Shown piece by piece: positions 36,685 to 46,428 of a DNA stretch of 64,000 nt (position 1 is the stretch's first letter; each line of letters opens with the position of its first letter). The stretch covers positions 10,252 to 74,251 of the forward strand of contig JAZLJA010000036.1 of NCBI GenBank assembly GCA_045617625.1, read 5' to 3'. The notes beneath the pieces were generated by a model. The model was not told where the DNA came from. It was given only the letters and a program-made list of their open reading frames with translations, and searched no databases. A program made the position numbers and the translations under genes. Source of the stretch: Oscillospiraceae bacterium. Its GTDB lineage: Bacteria > Bacillota > Clostridia > Oscillospirales > Ruminococcaceae.

Positions 36685-37905
36685 ATGACAGTTTACGAAG
36701 AACTCAAGCGCAGAGGTCTGATCGCGCAGACGACTGATGAAGCCGAGATCGCTGACCTCATCAACAACGGCAAAGCTACATTTTATATCGGTTTTGACCC
36801 CACCGCAGATTCCCTGCACGTCGGTCATTTCATGGCTCTTTGCCTGATGAAGCGGATGCAGATGGCAGGCAACAAGCCGATCGCACTGGTCGGCGGCGGC
36901 ACAGGCATGATCGGTGACCCTTCGGGCAAATCCGATATGCGCAAAATGCTCTCGAAAGAGGACATCGAACATAACTGCGAATGCTTCAAAAAGCAGATGT
37001 CCCGTTTTATCGACTTCTCCGAAGGCAGAGCAATGATGGTCAACAACGGCGACTGGCTGCTGAACCTCAATTACATCGACGTTTTGCGTGAAGTGGGCGC
37101 GTGCTTCTCCGTCAACAAAATGCTGACGTTTGAATGCTACAAGCAGCGCATGGAGCGCGGCCTCACGTTCCTTGAATTCAACTATATGATTATGCAGAGC
37201 TATGACTTCTATAAGCTTTACTGCGATTACGGCTGCAATATGCAGTTCGGCGGCGATGACCAGTGGGCAAATATGCTCGGCGGCACAGAACTGATCCGCA
37301 AAAAGCTCGGCAAGGATGCTTACGCGATGACCATTACGCTGCTGCTCAACTCCGAGGGCAAGAAAATGGGCAAGACCGAAAAGGGTGCCGTGTGGCTGGA
37401 TGCCGAAAAGACTTCCCCCTACGATTTCTTCCAGTACTGGAGAAACGTCGGGGATGCGGATGTCATCAAATGTCTGAAAATGCTGACCTTTGTCCCGATC
37501 GAGCAGATCGAGGAGATGGAGCAGCATATGGACAGCGGCAAGGCGTTCAACGATGCAAAGGAACTCCTTGCATTTGAACTGACCAAGCTTGTTCACGGTG
37601 AGGAAGAAGCACAAAAACAGCTTGATGCCGCAAGAGCCATCTTTGCAGGCACAGGCAACAGCGATGATATGCCCACCACCATGCTTTCCGCTGACGATCT
37701 GACTGACGGCGGCATCGGTATTCTGACACTGCTGGTCAAAACAGGGCTTGCACCCTCCAACGGCGAAGCACGTCGTCTGGTGCAGCAGGGCGGTGTCACT
37801 GTCGACGATGAAAAGATCACGGATCCCAAAACCATGATCTCCCTTGCGGAAGCAGTCATCATCAGAAAAGGCAAGAAAGTGTTCCATAAGGCAATGCTCG
37901 GCTGA
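36685..37905 (+). CDS. tyrS: tyrosine--tRNA ligase
   Basis: Class I motifs HVGH (DSLHVGHF) and KMGKT, plus a C-terminal S4-like domain. Confidence 0.95.
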   Translation: MTVYEELKRRGLIAQTTDEAEIADLINNGKATFYIGFDPTADSLHVGHFMALCLMKRMQMAGNKPIALVGGGTGMIGDPSGKSDMRKMLSKEDIEHNCECFKKQMSRFIDFSEGRAMMVNNGDWLLNLNYIDVLREVGACFSVNKMLTFECYKQRMERGLTFLEFNYMIMQSYDFYKLYCDYGCNMQFGGDDQWANMLGGTELIRKKLGKDAYAMTITLLLNSEGKKMGKTEKGAVWLDAEKTSPYDFFQYWRNVGDADVIKCLKMLTFVPIEQIEEMEQHMDSGKAFNDAKELLAFELTKLVHGEEEAQKQLDAARAIFAGTGNSDDMPTTMLSADDLTDGGIGILTLLVKTGLAPSNGEARRLVQQGGVTVDDEKITDPKTMISLAEAVIIRKGKKVFHKAMLG

Positions 37906-37940
37906 TTATCACAGAAACAGAACCGAAAGGAGTTTGCGCC

Positions 37941-39512
37941 ATGCAGCAGGATGTCGCAGCACAGCTCACACAGATCCACAAAAACTGTGAGGCGTGTGAA
38001 GCCAAAGGCTATTCCGTATCCATTCAGAACAAGACCATGCAGGATTACCTGCGGTTTATGCTGCTGAAATTCTTCGTGTATCTCGGCAGCAGCAACGGCA
38101 ATATTTCAAGCGGCGAGATCGCATACATCAACGACGCTCTGGGCTATATGATGTCCGCAGAGCAGATCGACCGCTTCAATGTGAGCAGCAAGATCACCAA
38201 ATACAGTCTCAAGGACAGCGTCATCACGCTGATGATGCCGTTTCTCAAGATGGATCTGGAGACTTCACCGATGGGCGGCATGAGCCTCGCACTGATCGAA
38301 TTTCTCAATCAGGCAGGGCTTGACTTCATGAATGTCGAATCCGGCAGACCTGACCCGCTCGTGATGCGTGATCTGTCCGCGCTGATTCTTGCGCTTCGCA
38401 ACTTCCGCATGGAGTATATCTCCAACTGGGAGGCAATGGTCAGAGAACAGAAACGCCGTGAGGAATGGGCAAACCGCCCGATCTATCCGAATCCGAACCG
38501 TCCGAACGGCGGCGGAAATTCACCGTGGGGCGGTCCGCCCGCACCGAATAACGGGCCCCCGAATTTCCCGAACAATAACAACAATCCGCAGAATAACGGC
38601 GGCAACGGCAATTCGCCGTTTGGCGGGAACCAGAAGCCCAATATGCAGAATGCGCCGCAGCCGCCGAAATCGCAGTGCAGCGAGGAAGAACTCACGCTGG
38701 AACAGCAGCTCGAAAAACTCAATGAGCTGACGGGGCTTGAATCCGTGAAGGAAGACCTCAACAGCCTCATCAACCTGATCAAAGTGCGCAAAATGCGTGA
38801 GGAGCGCGGGATGCCGCAGTCGGCAATTTCGCTGCACATGGCATTTCTGGGCAATCCGGGCACAGGCAAAACCACCGTGGCACGTATTCTCGCGGGCATT
38901 TATAAATGTCTGGGCGTGCTGGAAAAAGGGCAGCTTGTCGAAGTTGACCGTTCGGGGCTTGTCTCCGGATATGTCGGGCAGACGGCACTCAAAACCAAAG
39001 AAGTCATTGATTCGGCAATGGGCGGCGTGCTGTTCATCGACGAAGCGTATGCGCTCACCACGGGCACAGGCAAGGGCGATTTCGGACAGGAAGCCGTCAA
39101 CACCCTGCTGAAAGAAATGGAAGATCACCGCGATGATTTCATTGTCATTGTTGCGGGTTATTCCGATCTGATGGAAGAATTTCTCGACAGCAACCCCGGA
39201 CTTCGTTCGCGCTTCAATAAAATCATCACGTTTCAGGATTATATGCCCGATGAACTGCTGGATATTTTCAAATCCATGTGTACCAAAGCGGGGATGCAGA
39301 TGACTGAGGAGGCTGAAAAATGCGTCTACGACTTTTTCGTGGTGCGCTGCGGCTTGAATCTCAAAACATTTGCAAATGCGCGTGATATCCGCAATTTCTT
39401 TGAGCGTGCGATCACCAATCAGGCAAACCGTCTGGCAAAGCTTGACATGGTCACGAATGCCGCGCTCAACACCCTCACGATCGAAGACGTACAGGATGTG
39501 GAGTTGAACTGA
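37941..39512 (+). CDS. AAA+ ATPase of the SpoVK/CbbX type with helical N-domain and N/P/G-rich linker
   Basis: Walker A GNPGTGKTT, Walker B VLFIDEAYAL, sensor and arginine region GLRSRF. About 70 aa of Asn/Pro/Gly low complexity map to roughly nt 38466-38676. Confidence 0.8.
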   Translation: MQQDVAAQLTQIHKNCEACEAKGYSVSIQNKTMQDYLRFMLLKFFVYLGSSNGNISSGEIAYINDALGYMMSAEQIDRFNVSSKITKYSLKDSVITLMMPFLKMDLETSPMGGMSLALIEFLNQAGLDFMNVESGRPDPLVMRDLSALILALRNFRMEYISNWEAMVREQKRREEWANRPIYPNPNRPNGGGNSPWGGPPAPNNGPPNFPNNNNNPQNNGGNGNSPFGGNQKPNMQNAPQPPKSQCSEEELTLEQQLEKLNELTGLESVKEDLNSLINLIKVRKMREERGMPQSAISLHMAFLGNPGTGKTTVARILAGIYKCLGVLEKGQLVEVDRSGLVSGYVGQTALKTKEVIDSAMGGVLFIDEAYALTTGTGKGDFGQEAVNTLLKEMEDHRDDFIVIVAGYSDLMEEFLDSNPGLRSRFNKIITFQDYMPDELLDIFKSMCTKAGMQMTEEAEKCVYDFFVVRCGLNLKTFANARDIRNFFERAITNQANRLAKLDMVTNAALNTLTIEDVQDVELN

Positions 39513-39513
39513 T

Positions 39514-39888
39514 ATGAGTGACAAAAAAGTGACATCATTCAGCATCGGATGGTTTATCGGCAAGCTGCTGTTCTGCATAGGCATTACAGTGCTGCTGGCG
39601 GTGCTGTTTCACGGTATCCATGGGCTGCTGATTCCCGTGGTGTTCCTGATGCTGTTTTTTGCAGCGTCTGTTCTGGGGTTTTTCGTGCGCTCAGCGAAAA
39701 ATTATCTTGTGGGTGCGATTCTGTTTGCGCTCATCATCACCGCAGGCAGCCTGTTGATGGCACTGCTGAAAGATACCCCGAACACCGTCTGCAAAATCGT
39801 GCTTGCAGTTTTGGGGGCAGCGGCACTTGCGCTCGACATTCGCCGCGCCGTGCGGTATTTCAAATCTAAAAAGCAAGCAGATACTTAA
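39514..39888 (+). CDS. hypothetical 4-TM small membrane protein
   Basis: 124 aa with four hydrophobic helices. The ATG lies 1 nt after the AAA+ stop. Confidence 0.55.
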   Translation: MSDKKVTSFSIGWFIGKLLFCIGITVLLAVLFHGIHGLLIPVVFLMLFFAASVLGFFVRSAKNYLVGAILFALIITAGSLLMALLKDTPNTVCKIVLAVLGAAALALDIRRAVRYFKSKKQADT

Positions 39889-39915
39889 TATTCACATACG
39901 AAAGGAATTACGACT

Positions 39916-40392
39916 ATGGTACTGATCACAATGGAAAACGGCAAGCAAATCAAACTGAAGCTTCGCCCCGATTGCGCACCCATCTCCTGCGAGAACTTTG
40001 AAAAGCTCGTAAAACAAGGATTTTATGATGGACTGTGCTTCCACCGCGTCATTGCCGGCTTTATGATTCAGGGCGGCTGCCCTGAGGGGACAGGCATGGG
40101 GGGTCCCGGTTGCCACATCAAGGGCGAATTTGCTGCAAACGGAGTCAACAATCCGCTGCAGCACAAGCGCGGTGTGCTTTCAATGGCACGTTCGTCGATG
40201 CCTGACAGTGCGGGCTCCCAGTTCTTCATCATGCACGCCGATGCACCTTATCTGGACGGCAACTATGCGGCATTCGGAGAAGTTGTGGAAGGCATGGATA
40301 CTGTGGATGAGATCGCAGCGTGTGCGACGAATTACAACGATCATCCGCTGCAGCCGCAGATCATGAAGAAAGTGGAGATCATCGCGGATTGA
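39916..40392 (+). CDS. ppiB: peptidyl-prolyl cis-trans isomerase, cyclophilin type
   Basis: FHRVIAGFMIQGG and GSQFFI motifs. Confidence 0.92.
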   Translation: MVLITMENGKQIKLKLRPDCAPISCENFEKLVKQGFYDGLCFHRVIAGFMIQGGCPEGTGMGGPGCHIKGEFAANGVNNPLQHKRGVLSMARSSMPDSAGSQFFIMHADAPYLDGNYAAFGEVVEGMDTVDEIAACATNYNDHPLQPQIMKKVEIIAD

Positions 40393-40466
40393 GAATGTGC
40401 CGATTGTGTCTGATATGTCTGCGGCGCATTGTCATGGGGACATTCAAGGCACAATACATGAAAAAG

Positions 40467-40501
40467 AAAAGCGGACGACTCGAAAAAGTCGTCCGCTTTT
40501 T
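40467..40501. terminator. bidirectional terminator
   Basis: AAAAGCGGACGAC / GTCGTCCGCTTTT stem with T-run. Confidence 0.85.
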
Positions 40502-40510
40502 ATGATATGG

Positions 40511-41650
40511 TTAATCGTATATGATTTCGCTGCGGTTATAGTATGCGGTCAGTTTGTCGCTGGTCGACATGGTAAACGTGACGATCGCAGCGCCGATGAC
40601 ACAAATCACACATCCTGCTACGGTCAAGCCGAATGAACTTGTGCCGCGCTTATACGGCGACATGATCAGCCCGAAAATCAGCAGAAGTGCCGTGGATGCA
40701 CCAAACATGAATGACGTCAGACCTTTGAGCTGCTGCACACGCAAAACGATCGTCACAGCGAGGAGTACCAGAACCACGCCGCCGATTTTGCTTACCGTGT
40801 CCACAAAGCTGAACACACTGTTGGGAGCTTCGCCATCGGTGTATCCGCCCATACCGAATAACAGCATTCCGAGACCTGCCAGCACACCGATCACGGTGAG
40901 AATGATGGAGGTCGTAAAGCCCTTTGCCGAGAGGTCTGCCTGCTGCTGCTGACGCAATGCCTGCAGCTGTCTGCGCGATTCTTCAGGGTCGGATTTTGGG
41001 GTTTCACTCAGGTTTTCCGCCTGACGTTTCATCGCCGCACGCTTTGCCGCTTCCAGATCTTCCTGATTGAAGGAGGAGGGCTTGCGTTCGGGTTCGGGGG
41101 CAGGTTCTTCGAGCAATGCTGACGCATCCACTTTCGGCAGTGCCGCTGCCGCCGATTTCTTTTCCGGCGCAGTATATGTGGTTTCCTCCAGCACAATATT
41201 TGCCTCAGCTGCGGCAGCTGCCTGCTGTGCTGCGGCTGCCTGCTGTGCCTGCATCCGCTGACGCTCAATGAAATCCGCATTCAGTTCCGCGATTTCTTCA
41301 TCGGTATAGGGCGGGAGACCCTGTGCCGCACGCTGTCCCTGCAGGGTTGCGATCTGGTCTGCGGAGAGCGGCTGATACTGGCTGACGGGTTTCGGTGCAG
41401 GTGCGGGGGTGCTGCTCATGTCATCCAGCACAGGTGCGACTGCATGGGCAAGCCGCGGGTCGATGCCGCCTGCATTCGGAGTGGGACGCTGATAGCTTTG
41501 CGGGGAATCGAAGTCATCCAGCACAGGACGTTCAGCGTTTGCAAGGCGCGGGTCTGTGCCGTCGGGGAGTGTTTCGCGGGGCTTTGGTGCCTCATAGGTA
41601 ATATCGCCAAGCAGCGGAGAATTGAGACCGCCGTTTTCATCAAATGTCAT
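40511..41650 (-). CDS. hypothetical protein: long disordered Pro/Gln/Ala-rich N-region + 4 C-terminal TMs
   Basis: The ATG at 41650 has GGAGGA 7 nt upstream. The track start at 41698 sits only 2 nt from the -10 box, so it is unlikely. A duplicated motif DPRLA(N/H)A.(R/A)PVLDD is present. Confidence 0.6.
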   Translation of the reverse strand: MTFDENGGLNSPLLGDITYEAPKPRETLPDGTDPRLANAERPVLDDFDSPQSYQRPTPNAGGIDPRLAHAVAPVLDDMSSTPAPAPKPVSQYQPLSADQIATLQGQRAAQGLPPYTDEEIAELNADFIERQRMQAQQAAAAQQAAAAAEANIVLEETTYTAPEKKSAAAALPKVDASALLEEPAPEPERKPSSFNQEDLEAAKRAAMKRQAENLSETPKSDPEESRRQLQALRQQQQADLSAKGFTTSIILTVIGVLAGLGMLLFGMGGYTDGEAPNSVFSFVDTVSKIGGVVLVLLAVTIVLRVQQLKGLTSFMFGASTALLLIFGLIMSPYKRGTSSFGLTVAGCVICVIGAAIVTFTMSTSDKLTAYYNRSEIIYD

Positions 41651-41700
41651 ATCTGTTTCCTCCGAATCATCAAAAATGGGTGGTGGATTTTCCCACATAT

Positions 41701-41729
41701 ATTATACCAGAAATGTTTGAAAATTGCAA
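41701..41729 (-). promoter_or_regulatory. sigma-A-type promoter
   Basis: Minus strand reads TTGCAA, a 17-nt spacer, then TATAAT. Confidence 0.6.
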
Positions 41730-41757
41730 GAGGAAATCTGCGTTTTTGTGGATTTTG

Positions 41758-42804
41758 TCAAGCATTGCTGACGAGTTTTCGCTTCAACAGGGTGATATCC
41801 TTCGCATTGACAAGCAAATCGCTGTTGACATCTGCCTGCTTAGCGGCTGCGGCATCGAGCGGCGTTTCGCCTGTCAGATGTTTGGCAAGGGCAACGGCAT
41901 CTGCGACATTCAAGGCACCGTCACCGTTGACATCGCCTGAAACAGATGCAGATGCGGTGGTTTCCGTCGTATAGACTGTGGCTTCGGCGGTGGTGACGGT
42001 GGTTTGCTGCGGGAGTTCCTCGCCCTTGAAATAGCATTGCAGTGCATCAAACCAGAAATTGCCGAGCTTCTGATATCCTGCTTCCGATGGGTGAACGCCG
42101 TCATACAAATCGGCTTTGGTCAGCACTTTGTTCACCTCGGCAAGTTGGATCGGCTTGCCCTGCGCACGCTTTTTTTCCGCAACGGCGCGGATCTGCGCAT
42201 TACAGTCGTCAACCGCCTTGTCCATAGATTCCACTGTGAAGTGATATTCGCTGATGTAAAGGGTATTGGTCGCATCCATGCAGGGGAGGGTGGCAAGATA
42301 GAGCATTCCGTCATCGGGGATGGTTTTGAGGATGGCATCCACGAGGGATTCAAGCCTTGCCCCGAAATGCTCCAGATCGTAGAGACTCAGGATATCGTTG
42401 GTGCCGATTTGCAGGAAGATCACATCGGCAGGGTGCGATTCGAGCAGCCAGTCGATGAAGCCGGAAAGCCCCGTGCGCTGCCCTGAAATGGAATCCTGCT
42501 GTGCGATGTTTGCGATGGAATAGCCGCTGTATCCTGCGTGCTGCGGGTCATAGCCCGTGCCGCCCCAGTTGGGCCCGACAAAATCCACCAGCTCTTTTTG
42601 CCCGCACTCCTCAATTCTTGCACAGAGCGTGTTGCGATAGCCGCCTGACAGCCAAAAGCCATCGGTGATCGAATCCCCGAGACACATCAGTGAGATCGGC
42701 GCGGTGTCAGTCTCAGCGCCGATGACGGATGCGGGGGCGGAAGCGGTCAGCATGGCGGCAGCGGTGCAGACTGCCGCAAGCTTGTGAAAAAGTTTCTCAT
42801 ACAT
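41758..42804 (-). CDS. cellulosomal SGNH/GDSL esterase with C-terminal dockerin
   Basis: Signal peptide, CLGDSITDGF (block I), GTNDI (block III), DGVHPSEAGY (block V), Thr linker, and dockerin GDVNGDGALNVADAVALAKHL ... ADVNSDLLVNAKDITLLKRKL. Confidence 0.88.
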   Translation of the reverse strand: MYEKLFHKLAAVCTAAAMLTASAPASVIGAETDTAPISLMCLGDSITDGFWLSGGYRNTLCARIEECGQKELVDFVGPNWGGTGYDPQHAGYSGYSIANIAQQDSISGQRTGLSGFIDWLLESHPADVIFLQIGTNDILSLYDLEHFGARLESLVDAILKTIPDDGMLYLATLPCMDATNTLYISEYHFTVESMDKAVDDCNAQIRAVAEKKRAQGKPIQLAEVNKVLTKADLYDGVHPSEAGYQKLGNFWFDALQCYFKGEELPQQTTVTTAEATVYTTETTASASVSGDVNGDGALNVADAVALAKHLTGETPLDAAAAKQADVNSDLLVNAKDITLLKRKLVSNA

Positions 42805-43006
42805 TCGGGTTCTCCTTTGTTTTCTGGTAACCTCTTTCTTTCTGAAAACATTATAGCAAAGAATCGCCGCCGAGACAATGCTTTTTTATCGCATGAGGAT
42901 GTCCAAACCCGCACATCTTGCTTTTTTGCCTCCCGATGAGAGCTTTTTCAATCCTTGCGGAAAAGCAGTGCGGTTTTCCAAATCTTGCGCGAAATGGGAA
43001 AAGGTC

Positions 43007-43035
43007 TTGCAATTTTGAAAAAGATATAGTATAAT
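43007..43035 (+). promoter_or_regulatory. sigma-A-type promoter of the transketolase genes
   Basis: TTGCAA, a 17-nt spacer, then TATAAT. Confidence 0.6.
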
Positions 43036-43090
43036 AAAAAAAGCGTCTGCGGCATTGGAATCTGCCGCAGCAGAAAGGAAGATGTTCTAC

Positions 43091-43936
43091 ATGGACGAAC
43101 TCATTCGTTTGCAGCTCCAGAAAACTGCCTGCCGCGTGCGCATGGGCATCATTGAAGGTGTCTATAACGCAAAATCGGGTCATCCCGGCGGCTCCCTCTC
43201 CATCGCCGATGTGCTGACTTATCTTTACACGGTTTCGATGAATGTTGACCCCAAAAATCCTGATATGAAAGAACGCGATCGTCTCGTGCTTTCCAAGGGT
43301 CACACCGCACCTGCTCTTTATTCTGTCCTTGCTGAAAAAGGCTTTTTCCCCAAGGAGGAACTCAAATCGCTGCGTCATATCGGCGCACTGCTGCAGGGAC
43401 ATCCCTGCATCCACATTCCCGGTGTGGATATGAGCTCCGGCTCACTGGGTCAGGGCATTTCGGCTGCCGCAGGTATGGCACTTGCAGGCAAGCACAATGC
43501 TGATAACTATCACGTTTACACGATTCTTGGCGACGGTGAACTCGAAGAAGGTCAGGTCTGGGAAGCTGCAATGTTCGCGGCTCACTACGGGCTTGACAAC
43601 CTCACCGCGATCGTGGACAATAACGGTCTGCAAATCGACGGCAAGATCACCGATGTTTGCTCGCCCATGCCCATCACCGATAAATTCGAGGCATTCGGCT
43701 GGCATGTCATCACCATGAATGCACACGATTTCGATGACATCGACCGCGCATTCCGTGAGGCGTCCTCCATCACCGGACAGCCTGTGGCGATCATCCAGAA
43801 GTCTGTCAAGGGCAAGGGTGTATCCTTCATGGAAAATCAGGTGGGCTGGCACGGCACCGCCCCGAATCAGGAGCAGTATGAACAGGCAATGTCCGAGCTT
43901 TCGGCAGAGCTGAAAAGATTGGAGGCATTGGCATGA
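43091..43936 (+). CDS. transketolase, N-terminal (TPP-binding) subunit
   Basis: GHPGGSLS, GSLGQGIS and GDGELEEG motifs. The start is 43091 or 43082. Confidence 0.9.
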   Translation: MDELIRLQLQKTACRVRMGIIEGVYNAKSGHPGGSLSIADVLTYLYTVSMNVDPKNPDMKERDRLVLSKGHTAPALYSVLAEKGFFPKEELKSLRHIGALLQGHPCIHIPGVDMSSGSLGQGISAAAGMALAGKHNADNYHVYTILGDGELEEGQVWEAAMFAAHYGLDNLTAIVDNNGLQIDGKITDVCSPMPITDKFEAFGWHVITMNAHDFDDIDRAFREASSITGQPVAIIQKSVKGKGVSFMENQVGWHGTAPNQEQYEQAMSELSAELKRLEALA

Positions 43937-44880
43937 GCGACGTCATCAAGAAAGCAACCCGCGAAAGCTACGGCGAAGCATTGACCGCACTCGCGGAGAA
44001 ATATGAGAATCTCGTGGTTTTGGATGCCGACCTCGCTGCGGCAACCAAAACAGGCATCTTCAAAAAGGCTTATCCCGACCGTCACTATGACTGCGGTATC
44101 GCAGAAGCAAACATGATGGGCGTGGCAGCAGGTCTGGCGGCAAGCGGCATGATCCCGTTCGCATCCTCGTTTGCGATGTTTGCAGCGGGCAGAGCATTTG
44201 AGATCGTCCGCAACAGCATCGGCTATCCGCACCTGAACGTGAAGATCGGTGCGACCCACGCAGGCATTTCTGTCGGCGAGGACGGTGCGACCCACCAGTG
44301 CTGCGAAGATATTGCACTGATGCGCACAATTCCGGGTATGGTCATTCTCAACCCCGCGGATGATGTGGAAGCAAAGGCTGCGGTGGAAGCTGCCATCAAC
44401 TGGGACGGCCCTGTTTACTGCCGCTTTGGCAGACTGGCAGTGCCTGTCATCAACAACAACCCTGATTATAAATTCGAGATCGGCAAGGGCATCACGCTGC
44501 GCGACGGCAAGGATGTCACGATCGTAGCAACGGGTCTGATGGTCTGTGAGGCTCTGGAGGCTGCGGAAACGCTCGCGAAAGAGGGCATTTCGGCACGCGT
44601 CATCAACATTCACACCATCAAGCCGCTCGATGAGGAACTGATTCTGAAGGCTGCGAAGGAAACAGGCTGCATCGTCACCTGTGAAGAACACAGCATCATC
44701 GGCGGTCTGGGCTCGGCAGTGGCAGAGTGCGTTTGCGGTGCCTGCCCTGTGCCTGTCACCCGCATCGGCGTGAATGACACCTACGGTCATTCCGGCCCTG
44801 CTGTGGCACTGCTGAAAGAATTTGGTCTTTGCGCAGAGCATATTGCAGAAGTGACCCGCGAAGCAGTTGCGAAGAAATAA
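43933..44880 (+). CDS. transketolase, C-terminal (pyrimidine-binding) subunit
   Basis: DCGIAEANMMGVAAGLA and THAGISVGEDGATHQ. Overlaps the N-subunit gene by 4 nt. Confidence 0.9.
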   Translation: MSDVIKKATRESYGEALTALAEKYENLVVLDADLAAATKTGIFKKAYPDRHYDCGIAEANMMGVAAGLAASGMIPFASSFAMFAAGRAFEIVRNSIGYPHLNVKIGATHAGISVGEDGATHQCCEDIALMRTIPGMVILNPADDVEAKAAVEAAINWDGPVYCRFGRLAVPVINNNPDYKFEIGKGITLRDGKDVTIVATGLMVCEALEAAETLAKEGISARVINIHTIKPLDEELILKAAKETGCIVTCEEHSIIGGLGSAVAECVCGACPVPVTRIGVNDTYGHSGPAVALLKEFGLCAEHIAEVTREAVAKK

Positions 44881-44898
44881 TCGAATCTCATAATAACG

Positions 44899-44946
44899 AA
44901 AACGTGCTCCGTCAAGCGATGAATGCTTTGCGGAGCACGTTTTTTC
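44899..44946 (+). terminator. intrinsic terminator of the transketolase operon
   Basis: ACGTGCTCCG / CGGAGCACGT stem followed by T5. Confidence 0.85.
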
Positions 44947-45294
44947 TGTGGCTTTCAAAAATGAAGATGTCAACAAATTACCATGCCGAATCATCACCTG
45001 CTGCAAACGACCTATGCAGGACAGTGAAAAATGGGCATAAGCCCCAAAAAACTTTTTTTGATTCGATTTTATCGCTGATGCGATGCTTTGGAGATCGACT
45101 TTGCGGAAAAGTACAGATATACCCGATCTCACGGAAAGATTAGATATCTGGAGAAAATAGGAGAAAACTCCACGTTTTTTCAAAATCTGTTTTGTGACTG
45201 GTTCCTACGGTTTTTGCTTTTCTTTTGGATTTCTGGTAATATATAATCATCGGGTGAGCAAAGAGCCGCCCACATGAAAGGATGTTATTTTACC

Positions 45295-46179
45295 ATGAGC
45301 AGCACAAAGAAAGTTGGTTCCGCGATTGGGGCGGCAGTATGTGCCATCGCCGCTGTAATTCTGTTTGCGTCGTCAACCGCAACGGTTCCCGCAGGTCATA
45401 CGGGTGTGGTCGTCACGCTGGGAAAGGTCAGCAGCAGCACCTTGAGTGAAGGTTTCCATCTGAAAGCACCGTTTGTGCAGACAGTCGAAAATGTCAGCAA
45501 CCAGATTCAGGTTTACGAGGTCGATGCGACCGCTGTTTCGCGTGACCTGCAAACGGTCAGCAGCCAGATTGCCGTCAACTATCGAATTCAGCAGGCGGAA
45601 TCGGCAAACATTTATCAGAACATCGGCAGAGATTATGAGGCTGTTGTCCTCACTCCTGCGGTACAGGAAAGTGTAAAGTCTGTCACGGCGAAATATACCG
45701 CCGAGGAACTGATTACCGAGCGTGCCGCTGTGGGCGAGCAGATCAAGGAGATCCTCAGCTCCAAAGTCACCGAATACGGCATCCTGATTGAAAAATTCAA
45801 CATCGTCAACTTTGATTTCTCTGCGGAGTTCAACGCCGCGATCGAGCAGAAACAGGTTGCCGAGCAAAACCTTCTCAAAACCCGTACCGAGCAGGAACAG
45901 GCGATTGAAATCTCCAAAGCGCAGGCTGAACAGAAGAAGATCGCCGCTGATGCCGAAGCTGCTGCGATTCTCGCAAAGGCAAAGGCGCAGGCTGATGCAA
46001 ACAAGCTGGTCAACGATTCGCTGACAGGAATCGTGCTTCAGGACAAAATGCTCGAAAAGTGGGACGGCGCGCTGCCCAAAGTCAATGGCAGCGATTCATC
46101 CTCGCTGCTGCTGGATGTCGATGACATCGTGAGCAGCAAACAGGCACCCGTCCAGACGCAGGTACAGCCTGCGGAGTAA
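45295..46179 (+). CDS. SPFH/band-7 (prohibitin-like) membrane protein
   Basis: N-terminal TM plus an SPFH domain and a coiled-coil A/Q/E-rich region. The start is 45295 or 45274. Confidence 0.85.
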   Translation: MSSTKKVGSAIGAAVCAIAAVILFASSTATVPAGHTGVVVTLGKVSSSTLSEGFHLKAPFVQTVENVSNQIQVYEVDATAVSRDLQTVSSQIAVNYRIQQAESANIYQNIGRDYEAVVLTPAVQESVKSVTAKYTAEELITERAAVGEQIKEILSSKVTEYGILIEKFNIVNFDFSAEFNAAIEQKQVAEQNLLKTRTEQEQAIEISKAQAEQKKIAADAEAAAILAKAKAQADANKLVNDSLTGIVLQDKMLEKWDGALPKVNGSDSSSLLLDVDDIVSSKQAPVQTQVQPAE

Positions 46180-46230
46180 TCCCTTTCTTTCGGTTATCAT
46201 CTTCTTTTTGATAACATTACTCTCCTTTGA

Positions 46231-46270
46231 GCTTCCGCATTTTGTATGCGGTGCGGAAGCCTGAATTTTT
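46231..46270 (+). terminator. intrinsic terminator (first of two in tandem)
   Basis: GCTTCCGCA / TGCGGAAGC stem followed by CTGAATTTTT. Confidence 0.65.
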
Positions 46271-46299
46271 CCTCCATTTTTTCCACCTTATCTGATTTC

Positions 46300-46341
46300 C
46301 CCGGTATCCGTCACACCCCTCGGATATCGGGTATTTTTTTT
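46300..46341 (+). terminator. intrinsic terminator (second of two in tandem)
   Basis: CCCGGTATCCG / CGGATATCGGG stem (one G-U pair) followed by T9. Confidence 0.8.
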
Positions 46342-46428
46342 GACACCGCCGCATAGAGTGAAATGCGGGGGAGACATCGGTGAGATTCGCGTTCCTCTGT
46401 CATTTCACAGGATACGGAGGCTTTTCTC

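Noticed and set aside
36661-37887. 408-aa minus-strand ORF
   Set aside because: It is an exact antisense shadow of tyrS, which has unambiguous class I synthetase motifs.
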